Part shown: positions 7,013 to 16,176 of the stretch, in pieces
Position numbering within the stretch: the stretch's first letter is position 1
Layout: every line of letters starts with the position of its first letter
NCBI GenBank assembly: GCA_023139105.1
Contig: JAGLOF010000016.1
Span: 959 to 64,958, forward strand
Length of the DNA: 64,000 nucleotides
Reading direction: 5' to 3'
Source: a bacterium
GTDB lineage: Bacteria; Zhuqueibacterota; QNDG01; JAGLOF01
Position numbers and translations under genes: made by a program
The notes under the pieces: model-generated
The model's database searches: none
What the model saw: the letters and a program-made list of their open reading frames with translations, nothing else
Told to the model about the DNA's origin: nothing

Positions 7013-8149
7013 TTATCTATAGAACTCACCTATCTTCTGAATAATATAATCCTGCATCTCTGTGGTGAGTTCAGGATAAATAGGCAGAGCAATGGTGCTG
7101 TTGGCAGCTTTTTCTGATTCGGGAAAGTCACCCACTTCATAACCCAGATATTTAAAACATTCCTGTTCATGGAAGGATACAGGATAGTAAACCTCACAGC
7201 CTATACCCGCATCGTTGAGATAGCGGCGAAGATCATCACGATTACCAGGTACTTTGACAATATACTGATTATAAATATGTGATTCACGATTGTAAGCTAT
7301 GTGGGGTTTTAAAAGACCCTCAACATTGAGATGTTCATCGTAGTATGCGGCATTCTGCTGACGTCCCTTGTGCCAGTCATCCAGATGCGGAAGTTTGACA
7401 AGTAAAATAGCAGCCTGCATGGCATCTAACCTGAAGTTACCGCCTACCATTTGATGATAATATTTTGGATGAGCACCATGATTCCGCAATTTTTGAATTT
7501 TATCTGCAAAGGCCTTATCATTGGTCACCACCATACCGCCATCACCCATACAGCCAAGGTTTTTGGATGGAAAGAAGCTGAAACATCCGGCAAGCCCCAT
7601 AGAGCCTGCACGTTTCTCACCGGCTTTGGAAGGATAACGAGACCCAATTGCCTGGGCAGCATCTTCTATAACAGGGATATTATGGCTATCTGCAATCGCC
7701 AAGATGGCATCCATATCAGCACACTGACCGTAGAGATGAACTGGTATTATCGCCTTAACCTTGCTGATCTTATCCTGATTATCATTAAACCAGGCTGAAA
7801 GTTTGGTCGGATCAAGATTATAAGTTAACGGATCAATTCCTACAAAAACAGGTGTAGCACAGAGTCTTGAGATGACACCTGCAGTGGCAAAAAATGAATA
7901 CGGTGTGGTAATAACAATATCACCGTGACCAACACCTATACCCATGAGCGATACAAGAAGAGCATCTGTGCCGCTGGTAACACCAATAGCATATGCAGCA
8001 CCGCAATAATCGGCGACAGCCTCTTCAAGAGCAGTTATTTTAGGGCCGCCAATATATCGCGTTGAATCAATAACATCATTAACAGCAGCCTTAATCTCAT
8101 CACGCAAAGGATCAAGCTGTGCATTTAAATCAAGCAAAGGAACATTCAT
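7013..8149 (-). CDS. DegT/DnrJ/EryC1-family PLP aminotransferase, WbpE-like
   Basis: MNVPLLDLNAQLDPLRDEI.. and FFPSKNLGCMGDGG (PLP-lysine region). The preferred start is at 8149. Confidence 0.85.
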   Translation of the reverse strand: MNVPLLDLNAQLDPLRDEIKAAVNDVIDSTRYIGGPKITALEEAVADYCGAAYAIGVTSGTDALLVSLMGIGVGHGDIVITTPYSFFATAGVISRLCATPVFVGIDPLTYNLDPTKLSAWFNDNQDKISKVKAIIPVHLYGQCADMDAILAIADSHNIPVIEDAAQAIGSRYPSKAGEKRAGSMGLAGCFSFFPSKNLGCMGDGGMVVTNDKAFADKIQKLRNHGAHPKYYHQMVGGNFRLDAMQAAILLVKLPHLDDWHKGRQQNAAYYDEHLNVEGLLKPHIAYNRESHIYNQYIVKVPGNRDDLRRYLNDAGIGCEVYYPVSFHEQECFKYLGYEVGDFPESEKAANSTIALPIYPELTTEMQDYIIQKIGEFYR

Positions 8150-8303
8150 TGTAAATCCTTTCAAAAAAGCCGGTAATATATCAGATAAAGTGATTATTTT
8201 TAAGAGCTTGGCCAACGGAGAAGACGAAAAAGAGCGGAGCAAAGGCAAAAAACAAAAGAAATCATTCCAATCCTACGAAATGTATCTGTTAATATGGCGA
8301 ATG

Positions 8304-8383
8304 AACGAGGGTATAATTGTATTATTATTTAAATCTCTGAGCTTCTTCCCTGTTTTGATCCGCTCTTATCCGTGTTCCATTGC
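8304..8383. repeat. direct repeat copy 1 (TATAAT-containing leader plus CCGTG module)
   Basis: Aligns with 8585..8673. About 70 of 80 positions are identical by hand count. Confidence 0.8.
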
Positions 8384-8584
8384 TCCTGCTCTTCTTCGTA
8401 TCTTTCGTATCCTTCGTAGGCGATGCTCTTTGTTCTTAAGCATGTACTTTTTCCCTTGAACCAGGATGCAGCTCCGCCATGTAAGTCCCATTTTAACGGA
8501 ACCACATGGTGTTTTTTAATGTGCAAAAAATAAATCTCACACTATCTCTATGTCAACAAATCCACAGCAACCGGATTTAAAATA

Positions 8585-8673
8585 AACGAGAGTATAATTA
8601 TATTATTATCTAAATCTCTTCTCTTCTTCCCTGCTTTGATCCACTCTTATCCGTATAATCCGTGTCCCATTGC
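8585..8673. repeat. direct repeat copy 2 (one extra 9-nt ATAATCCGT unit)
   Basis: Aligns with 8304..8383. Confidence 0.8.
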
Positions 8674-8705
8674 ACTCAATCTTCCCGGTAGACTTCAAGC
8701 TCTCA

Positions 8706-8779
8706 ACTTTTTACTTTTTACTTTTTACTTTTGCCCTTTTACTTCCTACTCCCTACTTCCTACTTTCTACTTTCCACTT
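8706..8779. repeat. 7-bp tandem array A3 (ACTTTTT drifting to ACTTCCT / ACTTTCT / ACTTTCC)
   Basis: The AC dinucleotide falls on a 7-nt grid at 8706, 8713, 8720, 8727, 8741, 8748, 8755, 8762, 8769 and 8776. The array ends 6 nt from the upxY stop. Confidence 0.95.
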
Positions 8780-8785
8780 GACCTT

Positions 8786-9316
8786 CTACAAAGCCTTCAC
8801 ATCACTTCTCGAGACACTAAATCGAATCCCCTGCTGCACAGCTTCGAGGCGGATAACAAGACGGGCAGCACCGGCAGTCTCCAAAAAGAGACCACGCAAT
8901 CCCATTAAAGGCCCTCTTATAATCTCAACAGGATCTCCCCGAGAAAAATAATCTACTGCCTCAACTTCAGGCACAGCTTTCAATACACGCTGTATTCTCT
9001 CTATCTCGGAATGCGGAACTTTAATTGGTTGGCCGTGTATATGTACAACGCACAGAGCACCTGTGGCCTGCACTGCCCGATATCGTTCTTTCGCATCAGA
9101 ATTAATAAAAATATATGATCTGAACAAAGGTTCATTGATCCACTTACGCCTGTCAGACCACTGCTTTAATACACGCTGTATTGGCAAATAAAATTCTATA
9201 TCTTTCTGGCGCAGCTGATCGCTGACTTTAAACTCATGACGCGGCCTGGTATAAAGCGCAAACCAGTGACGTTCATCACAGGGTAGTCCAGAAATATCTT
9301 CACGTAAAACTCTCAT
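8786..9316 (-). CDS. upxY: UpxY-family (NusG-like) transcription antiterminator
   Basis: HWFALYTRPRHEFKV.. NGN-like N-domain with a KOW-like C-terminus (GDPVEIIRGPLMGLRG), inside a polysaccharide locus. Confidence 0.8.
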   Translation of the reverse strand: MRVLREDISGLPCDERHWFALYTRPRHEFKVSDQLRQKDIEFYLPIQRVLKQWSDRRKWINEPLFRSYIFINSDAKERYRAVQATGALCVVHIHGQPIKVPHSEIERIQRVLKAVPEVEAVDYFSRGDPVEIIRGPLMGLRGLFLETAGAARLVIRLEAVQQGIRFSVSRSDVKAL

Positions 9317-9433
9317 AATGAATCCAAAAAAACAAGTTATAAGTTTAAAGGCAAAAGGAAAAAGTGAAGAGCAAACGTTTCGTGACTGAAACCCGCGTAC
9401 AAATGGAGTACAGTCTGTTACTACTATTTTTTT

Positions 9434-9534
9434 GCCTTTTGCCTTTTGCCTTTTGCTTTTGCCTTTTTACTTTCTACTTTTGCCTTTTGCTTTTCTACTT
9501 TCTACTTTTACCTTTTACCTTTTACCTTTTACTT
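9434..9534. repeat. 7-bp tandem array A4 (GCCTTTT / ACTTTCT / ACCTTTT, ~14 units)
   Basis: Counted directly. Most units are 7 nt, a few are 6 or 8 nt. It overlaps the wecB stop codon and lies ~118 nt upstream of the upxY start. Confidence 0.95.
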
Positions 9535-10638
9535 AATCTCTTCTTTAAAATACTGTTCCAACACTTTTAAAATTCTATGGCTTACCTTATCATCCCATAG
9601 TTCAGGGATCTTTCCGATCTTTTTATCACCGGCTAATATCTTTAAGGCCTCTGCATAGACTTTGTCAGGGTCAGTACCTGCCAGGACATTACTTCCCTCA
9701 GTAATTGTGACAGGACGTTCCGTATTCTCTCTCACTGTAATACACGGCACGCCAAAAAACGTAGTCTCTTCCTGTATACCACCGGAATCTGTCAATACCA
9801 GTGCAGCATCACGCTGTAGAGCCATGAACTCCAGATAACCTATGGGATCACAAAGCCTGAAACCTTCATTCTCACTGAGATTAAAAAGCTTTGCCATTTT
9901 TCGTGTCCTGGGATGTATGGGAAACAGAATTGGCAGGGTCCCGGCAAGACGATTGAGCATGGCCCAAAGGCCTTTTAGAGACTCGGGATTATCAACATTT
10001 GAGGGACGATGCAAGGTGACAAGCACATAATTGGACTTTGAGAGTTGATGCCGTGTAAGGATTGTACCAGCATCAAAACGATGCTGATGCTGCACCAGAG
10101 ACTCTATCATAAGATTGCCTGTAAAGTGCACCTTATGGGCCGCTATACCCTCCTTGGCCAGATGTTCATGAGCATCCCGACTGGTTGTAAAAAGCAGATC
10201 AGAAAGTTGGTCAGTTAAAATTCTATTTATTTCCTCAGGCATTCTGCGATCTCCACTGCGAAGCCCTGCCTCAACATGTACAAGAGGAATATTAAGTTTG
10301 GCCGCAACAAGCCCTGCGGCAATAGTGGAATTCACATCACCCACTACAAGCACCATATCAGGCTTGCGCTCATGCACTACGGTCTCAACTTCAATCATAA
10401 TTTGAGCCGTCTGCACTGCATGGCTGGCCGAACCCACTCCAAGATACACATCAGGTTCAGGCATACCCAAATCAGTGAAAAACACATCACTCATAGCAGC
10501 ATCATAGTGCTGCCCCGTATGCACCAGGAAAGCATCCAGCAGAGAGGATTCAGCACGAATCCTCTTTAGCAGAGGGGCTACCTTCATAAAATTGGGCCTT
10601 GCACCCGCAACAAGACAAATTGTTTTTTTCAAAGGCAT
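9529..10638 (-). CDS. wecB: UDP-N-acetylglucosamine 2-epimerase (non-hydrolysing), WecB/WbpI-like
   Basis: Full-length match to the family pattern (GARPNFMK..P......HTGQHYD...S..FF..L; DSGGIQEE). Confidence 0.9.
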   Translation of the reverse strand: MPLKKTICLVAGARPNFMKVAPLLKRIRAESSLLDAFLVHTGQHYDAAMSDVFFTDLGMPEPDVYLGVGSASHAVQTAQIMIEVETVVHERKPDMVLVVGDVNSTIAAGLVAAKLNIPLVHVEAGLRSGDRRMPEEINRILTDQLSDLLFTTSRDAHEHLAKEGIAAHKVHFTGNLMIESLVQHQHRFDAGTILTRHQLSKSNYVLVTLHRPSNVDNPESLKGLWAMLNRLAGTLPILFPIHPRTRKMAKLFNLSENEGFRLCDPIGYLEFMALQRDAALVLTDSGGIQEETTFFGVPCITVRENTERPVTITEGSNVLAGTDPDKVYAEALKILAGDKKIGKIPELWDDKVSHRILKVLEQYFKEEIK

Positions 10639-10681
10639 ATTTACTTTCGAGAATATAAAATTATAATTGCTACAGTATTAA

Positions 10682-12994
10682 TCAAACCTTAATTCCCGGA
10701 ATCCTCGGCATACGGCGTTTTTTCTTATTATTCTCTCCATAATAATAATAATGATAATAATAATAATATGACCCATACATGTTTTCAATATTTACGCCAT
10801 TAACAGTGACACCAAGTAATTTAGCATTTACATTATCGAGTAATTGTTTGGCACGCAGCAGAGCATCACGATTCGTTGATCCTGATTTCATTACCAGAAC
10901 CACACCATCAAGCTTGCGGCCAAGTACAGTAGCATCGGTTACAGCAATGACCGGTGGTGTGTCAAACAGTATCATCTCATAACGTCCGCGTGCCTCTTCA
11001 ATAAAGCGGTCCATGGATTTTGAAGCAAGAAGCTCAGATGGATTAGGCGGAAGCACACCGGCTGTAATCAAATCCAGATTATCTACCTTTGTCGTGCGTA
11101 CAATCTCATCAAAAGAGGCCTTGCCTGCCAGATAATTTGTAATACCTACGCCCCGTTTCTCACTGAAAATACCATGCATTACCGGGCGTCTCAAATCACA
11201 ATCCACAATTACCGTTTTTGCCCCTGTCTGTGCCATGGTAATAGCCAGGTTGGATATAGTTGTAGATTTACCCTCTCCAGGCCCTGAACTTGTAACAACT
11301 GCTGTTTGTATGGGCTCGTCCGGACGACAGTATTGAATATTGGTCCTTAAACTGCGATAGGCCTCGGAAACAGGTGACTTGGGCGCAAAATGAGATATCA
11401 ATCTGGATTGAATCTGTTTGACATCACCATTACCATTGTCCTTTACCTGATGTGCCATTGCCTGAGAGGCTATAAAAGGAATCGAACCCAGGACAGGAAA
11501 ACCCATGTGTTCTACATCTTCAATAGTCTTCAAAGAAGTATCAAGATATTCACGGCCAAACGTCAGCCCTACACCAAGACCGAGACCAAGCATCAGGCCC
11601 AGAAGGAGATTCATCTTCTTTTTCGGCGATGTAGGGAATTCAGGTTTTTTTGCATAATCTATTATACGAACAGAACCAATCTGTCCGGCTTCTGCAATAC
11701 GGTTCTCTTCAAATTTCTCACGGAGCATAATATAGATTGTATTATTAACCCGGGCCTCTCTCTGCAGGTTGGCCAGTTGAAGGCTCTTGCCAGGCAATTG
11801 ATTAAGTTCACGTTTATACTGCTTTACAATATCATCAAGAGCGCTTGTTTTCTCTTTAAGATAATCGTTTTCAGCTTGAATAGTAAGAAGGTTCGTAAAA
11901 AGAGCATCATTGACTTTTTCTGCATTAATAGCACCGCCAGCTGCAATGAGTTTCTTCTTCTCCAGAATAATCTTCTCCTGAATACCCTCCAGTTGAGCCA
12001 TCTTCTCTTCAAGGCCGCTGCGCATGGAAGCATTGTTAAAATATCCGGCTGCTTTGAGCTGTTTCTCTTCTTTGGCAATGCCGCCGGCTAGCCGCGCTCT
12101 CTCTATTTCCAATGCACCAATCATCTCAGATGAAGCACTTGAGGCATTATTCAACATAATTTTCTGCGCCTCATCAAGCTGGACGTTCATGGCCTGAATA
12201 CGTTTCTGATTAGCCTCATAGTCAGTTTTGGCAGATTGATACAGAGATTCAAACTCAGCAGTTCGTTCAATAAGGGCCTGGGTTTCGGCAGTCAGCTCTG
12301 TAACTCCCTCAGTCTCCTTAAAGTTTTTCAGCCGCTGTTCAGACCTGTAAAGGCTGTCTTCAACGGCTACCAGTTTTTCTTCAAGAAACTTTCTAACCTT
12401 GCCCACTTCCCCGGTTGACTCTGCAATATCCAGATCCTGATAAGCCTTCATCCATGTATTGGCAATTAGTGCAGCTTCACTGGGGCTAAAGGCACTGCTG
12501 CGCAGTTCAATAACATCAGTATCACGCTGAGGAGCCACAGAAATTGAACCTTGTCTGAAATTTTTAACAAGTTCATCAAAAAGAGGGCCAGCACCTTGAG
12601 CCTCCCCGGGAAGCAATTTTTTAATCCATGTCATAATAGAAAAGCGCCTGTCAGCCTCACGATTACCAAGAATCCATAGAGAGTCGGCATATGGCGAATC
12701 CTGAAGATCACGAACCACAGCTTCCGCAAGACGCCGGCTCTTGAGTATAACTACCTGGTTGTTGATCATAGTCTCTTTTTTCATGAAGCTGGACATATCA
12801 AAAACCTGTGTCTGCACACGATCTTCTTTAATCAGGACAGTGGCTGCGGATTCATATACAGGTTGAGTTGTAAAAGTAAAATATACGGTTGCTGCCATTA
12901 CAATAATAAAAGAGATAGCTATTATCCATCGCCCACGGTATAAAACTCGCAAGTAATCACTCAAAGTGACCTGTTGCTCTCTTAGTTCGTCCAA
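10682..12994 (-). CDS. polysaccharide co-polymerase / BY-type tyrosine autokinase (Wzc/GumC-like)
   Basis: Wzz-like N-terminus with a TM segment, a long coiled-coil, a Walker A motif (SSGPGEGKST) and a C-terminal tyrosine cluster YGSYYYYYHYYYYG. Apparent TTG start with AAGGGAG upstream. Confidence 0.85.
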   Translation of the reverse strand: MDELREQQVTLSDYLRVLYRGRWIIAISFIIVMAATVYFTFTTQPVYESAATVLIKEDRVQTQVFDMSSFMKKETMINNQVVILKSRRLAEAVVRDLQDSPYADSLWILGNREADRRFSIMTWIKKLLPGEAQGAGPLFDELVKNFRQGSISVAPQRDTDVIELRSSAFSPSEAALIANTWMKAYQDLDIAESTGEVGKVRKFLEEKLVAVEDSLYRSEQRLKNFKETEGVTELTAETQALIERTAEFESLYQSAKTDYEANQKRIQAMNVQLDEAQKIMLNNASSASSEMIGALEIERARLAGGIAKEEKQLKAAGYFNNASMRSGLEEKMAQLEGIQEKIILEKKKLIAAGGAINAEKVNDALFTNLLTIQAENDYLKEKTSALDDIVKQYKRELNQLPGKSLQLANLQREARVNNTIYIMLREKFEENRIAEAGQIGSVRIIDYAKKPEFPTSPKKKMNLLLGLMLGLGLGVGLTFGREYLDTSLKTIEDVEHMGFPVLGSIPFIASQAMAHQVKDNGNGDVKQIQSRLISHFAPKSPVSEAYRSLRTNIQYCRPDEPIQTAVVTSSGPGEGKSTTISNLAITMAQTGAKTVIVDCDLRRPVMHGIFSEKRGVGITNYLAGKASFDEIVRTTKVDNLDLITAGVLPPNPSELLASKSMDRFIEEARGRYEMILFDTPPVIAVTDATVLGRKLDGVVLVMKSGSTNRDALLRAKQLLDNVNAKLLGVTVNGVNIENMYGSYYYYYHYYYYGENNKKKRRMPRIPGIKV

Positions 12995-13195
12995 GAGAAA
13001 CTCCCTTCGGCATCAGCAAATGTTATTTGAAATAGATAAAAATATTTATAAATGCAAAAGACATGCCATCACTACCAATATAATGTAATGATGCTTCCAA
13101 ACAACTATTAAACAATGCCTTAAGTGCTTATTCACTTCAATACTAATTGTTGTTTTTACTACAGAATCAATGTTACTGTATCATTTTTGATACAT

Positions 13196-13834
13196 CTATA
13201 CTCTAAGATCTATAACTTCTGCACCATCAGGCATCTGAAATTCAAAATCCTTTGGTAAATGTGGCTTATCAATCTCAATCGATTTTAATCTGTAGACACT
13301 CTCATTATCATCGAAATCTATCTGCAAAAGCTTGACTGGAAGCCATGTCTTCAAATTTATCCATAATTCGGTTTTAGGATAGAGTACGGCTTCGGTTTTT
13401 GCAGTAAAAACCAGATGCGCGCACTCTATTTTATCAAGCAGTTCTTTGCCGACAGATTGGACATCATAATCATCGGAATACTGAAAAAGCATTTTATATG
13501 GTGCCATCTGGACATCATTTTCACCAATCTCATCAATAAGCACACGATTGTCAGGTTTAATATATGTCCATACTGTAGTACCATCGGAGACCATGATTTG
13601 ATCGGCAGTCTTAATTTTAAACTGCCGCTCTCCCTTCATCAACACAATACCATCAACAGTTGATGTCTCACCGGCAAGCTTCCAAATATAAGTCTCTGAG
13701 AAAGCAATATCCAGTGTTTTCGCTTGTTTTAATGTTTTTTTCAATTTATTTATTATATAATCAGGCGACATATTTTGTGCAGACGCAGCTATGCTCCAAA
13801 GAATCAACATTGATATAAGTAATAATTTTCTCAT
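13196..13834 (-). CDS. lolA: LolA-like outer-membrane lipoprotein carrier
   Basis: Signal peptide ending AASAQ and a LolA-fold-like sequence. The ftsK-lolA synteny is classic. Confidence 0.7.
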   Translation of the reverse strand: MRKLLLISMLILWSIAASAQNMSPDYIINKLKKTLKQAKTLDIAFSETYIWKLAGETSTVDGIVLMKGERQFKIKTADQIMVSDGTTVWTYIKPDNRVLIDEIGENDVQMAPYKMLFQYSDDYDVQSVGKELLDKIECAHLVFTAKTEAVLYPKTELWINLKTWLPVKLLQIDFDDNESVYRLKSIEIDKPHLPKDFEFQMPDGAEVIDLRV

Positions 13835-16170
13835 TAAAAATCCTCCAGACCCAGTTCATCATCTTGCCGCTCTGCTTGTTCAAGCACCTCAAGATAAGCT
13901 TCATCAACAAGAACTTCACGCGCCTTACTACCAGTGAAAGGGCCTAAAATTCCTGCTTCTTCCAATTCATCTACAATACGGCCTGCCCTGGCATAACCAA
14001 CTCTCAGGCGGCGCTGAAGCAGTGAAGCCGAACCCTGGCCATGACGTACAACTAATTTAGCCGCTTCCTTATACAATTCATCCCGCTCAGAGGGATCACT
14101 GGCAATACCACCTGCGGATGAAGGGGGCGGAGCACCCTTTAAGAGCCATCCCTCAGGTTTTGGTTGGACAGCAATATGTCCCATCATTTTCTGCACTTCA
14201 TCTGTAGTGATGAATGCACCATGCACACGTATGGGTTCCGGCTCACGGGGATGCATAAATAACATATCGCCGCGGCCAAGAAGCTTCTCTGCACCATTAC
14301 GGTCTAAAATTGTCCTTGAATCTGTCTTTGATGCTACCTGAAAAGCAATACGCGCAGGAAAATTAGCCTTTATCACACCTGTTATAACATCAACAGAAGG
14401 ACGCTGTGTGGCAAGAATAAGATGTATGCCAACTGCACGGGCCATCTGAGCCAGGCGCGCAATAGGTTCTTCCACTTCTCTGGCACCTGTCATCATCAAG
14501 TCTGCCAATTCATCTACAATTAATACAATATAAGGCATGGGATCAGGAAGTTTAACCTCAGGATCAGCTTCTGCTTTGCGCTTGGCCAGGAAATCATGAT
14601 AGTCAACAAGGTTGCGTACGCCCAGGCGGGCCAATATCCTGTAACGCTTATCCATCTCCTTTTCAAGACTACGCAGAGCAGTAATTGCATTTGCAGCCGT
14701 AGTTATAACATCTTCATCCATGCCCTCTATCGTGACAAGATGACGATCTTTTAGTTCACGATAGAGACTCATCTCCAATTTTTTAGGATCAATAAGAACT
14801 AATTTAACTTCATCAGGCTTGGCTTTATAAAGTATGCTGGCCAATATTGTATTCAAGCATACTGACTTACCCGATCCTGTAGCACCGGCAACCAAAAGAT
14901 GCGGCATCTCAGCCAAATCCGTTACATATGGTTTGCCTTCAATTGTAAGCCCCAGAGCCAATGAAAGTTTAGATGAATGCCGCTGATAATTATCAGATTC
15001 CAGAACACCTCTCAGGCTGACAATAGCCGGGTGTTGGTTTGGAATTTCTATACCGACAGCGGCTTTGCCAGGAATGGGTGCCACTACACGTACACGTTGA
15101 GCTCTCATAACCAGAGCCAAATCATCTTGCGCATTTACAAAACGAGAAATTTTTACACCCGGATTAGGCCTTATCTCATAACGCGTAATCACCGGCCCCG
15201 GCCTGATGCCTACTACATGCCCTCTAATATCAAATTCCTTAAGCCGCTCTTCAAGAAAATGTGCGTTCTCTTCAAGAGCACGCCGGTCAACCTGCAATCC
15301 ATTGGCTGACTGTGGTGCAAGCAGCTCAAAAGATGGTTTAACATAAGGCCCGGGAGGAATTTCCGGTGTAGCCTGAACAGATTTTGTTCCAGGATTTGCC
15401 GTATGCGGCCGTCTTTCTATAACCACCCTCTCCGGCTGCACTGGCATAGCAGAAGACCTTGGAAGCTCGGGAATAGCAACTTCAATTGGTGGCCTTGGAC
15501 GCTCTTCAGCTGCCTTGGCTGAAGCAGACTGTAAAGGAGATTGAATAGTTGGCTGAGGCTTTTTCTTCTCATGTTTAACGCGATTTTCATACTTGTTCGA
15601 GATAGTCTTGAAAAGGGCCGCCAAATCTTCCTTGAAACCCAGCAGAGATTCTCTCATGCTCCACGATGTGGCTGTAATCAATATCACCAACAATGTTGTC
15701 AACAGAACAACAATACTTCCAACAGCACCCAGATAGCGTGACAGCATATCGGCTATGAATCCACCCAGGAGACCACTTAGCCGGAAACCGAACTTGCTGC
15801 CGGCATCACTCACAGCCTCCGGCATGGCCAATGCCGTAGATAGAAAGAGAGATATAGCCAAAAGATAGGCTGAAAATCTGAAATATGGGCGCAAGGGCTG
15901 CTGCAGGAAGAGATTCCAGCCCATCACCAAAAGAAGGAAAGGGAATACCAGACAGGGATAGCCAATTGTATATACATATAGATAATGACTTATGTGTGCA
16001 CCCATGAGGCCAAGCCAGTTTTGAACCTGGGCCGGAGATCCCGCATTGGGGAAATCTTCAGGATGATAAGAAATCAGACCCAGCAAAATCAGTATTGCAA
16101 AAGCCATCAATAAAATGCCCAAAATCTCGGGGCGTCTGTCAGCAGATTTATTCTTCTTCTGTTTAGCCAT
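13834..16170 (-). CDS. ftsK: DNA translocase FtsK
   Basis: N-terminal TM domain, a P/Q-rich linker, a motor with the VAGATGSGKS Walker A motif, and a gamma domain (SASLLQRRLRVGYARAGRIVD). Confidence 0.95.
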   Translation of the reverse strand: MAKQKKNKSADRRPEILGILLMAFAILILLGLISYHPEDFPNAGSPAQVQNWLGLMGAHISHYLYVYTIGYPCLVFPFLLLVMGWNLFLQQPLRPYFRFSAYLLAISLFLSTALAMPEAVSDAGSKFGFRLSGLLGGFIADMLSRYLGAVGSIVVLLTTLLVILITATSWSMRESLLGFKEDLAALFKTISNKYENRVKHEKKKPQPTIQSPLQSASAKAAEERPRPPIEVAIPELPRSSAMPVQPERVVIERRPHTANPGTKSVQATPEIPPGPYVKPSFELLAPQSANGLQVDRRALEENAHFLEERLKEFDIRGHVVGIRPGPVITRYEIRPNPGVKISRFVNAQDDLALVMRAQRVRVVAPIPGKAAVGIEIPNQHPAIVSLRGVLESDNYQRHSSKLSLALGLTIEGKPYVTDLAEMPHLLVAGATGSGKSVCLNTILASILYKAKPDEVKLVLIDPKKLEMSLYRELKDRHLVTIEGMDEDVITTAANAITALRSLEKEMDKRYRILARLGVRNLVDYHDFLAKRKAEADPEVKLPDPMPYIVLIVDELADLMMTGAREVEEPIARLAQMARAVGIHLILATQRPSVDVITGVIKANFPARIAFQVASKTDSRTILDRNGAEKLLGRGDMLFMHPREPEPIRVHGAFITTDEVQKMMGHIAVQPKPEGWLLKGAPPPSSAGGIASDPSERDELYKEAAKLVVRHGQGSASLLQRRLRVGYARAGRIVDELEEAGILGPFTGSKAREVLVDEAYLEVLEQAERQDDELGLEDF

Positions 16171-16176
16171 TATTCT

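Noticed and set aside
8706-9534. Short tandem arrays as possible CRISPR arrays
   Set aside because: The units are 7 bp and contiguous, with no spacers of unique sequence. There are no 25-40-bp repeats and no cas genes anywhere in the window.
8636-9658. ORFs 8636..8908, 8670..8951, 9364..9570 and 9446..9658 (F/L/Y/T-rich 'membrane-like' peptides)
   Set aside because: They are translations of the heptamer arrays in shifting frames. They overlap upxY/wecB on the opposite strand and have no RBS or domain signal.
11390-12091. 233-aa + strand ORF inside the wzc-like gene
   Set aside because: It is antisense to a full-length, motif-bearing kinase gene, and the peptide is low-complexity.
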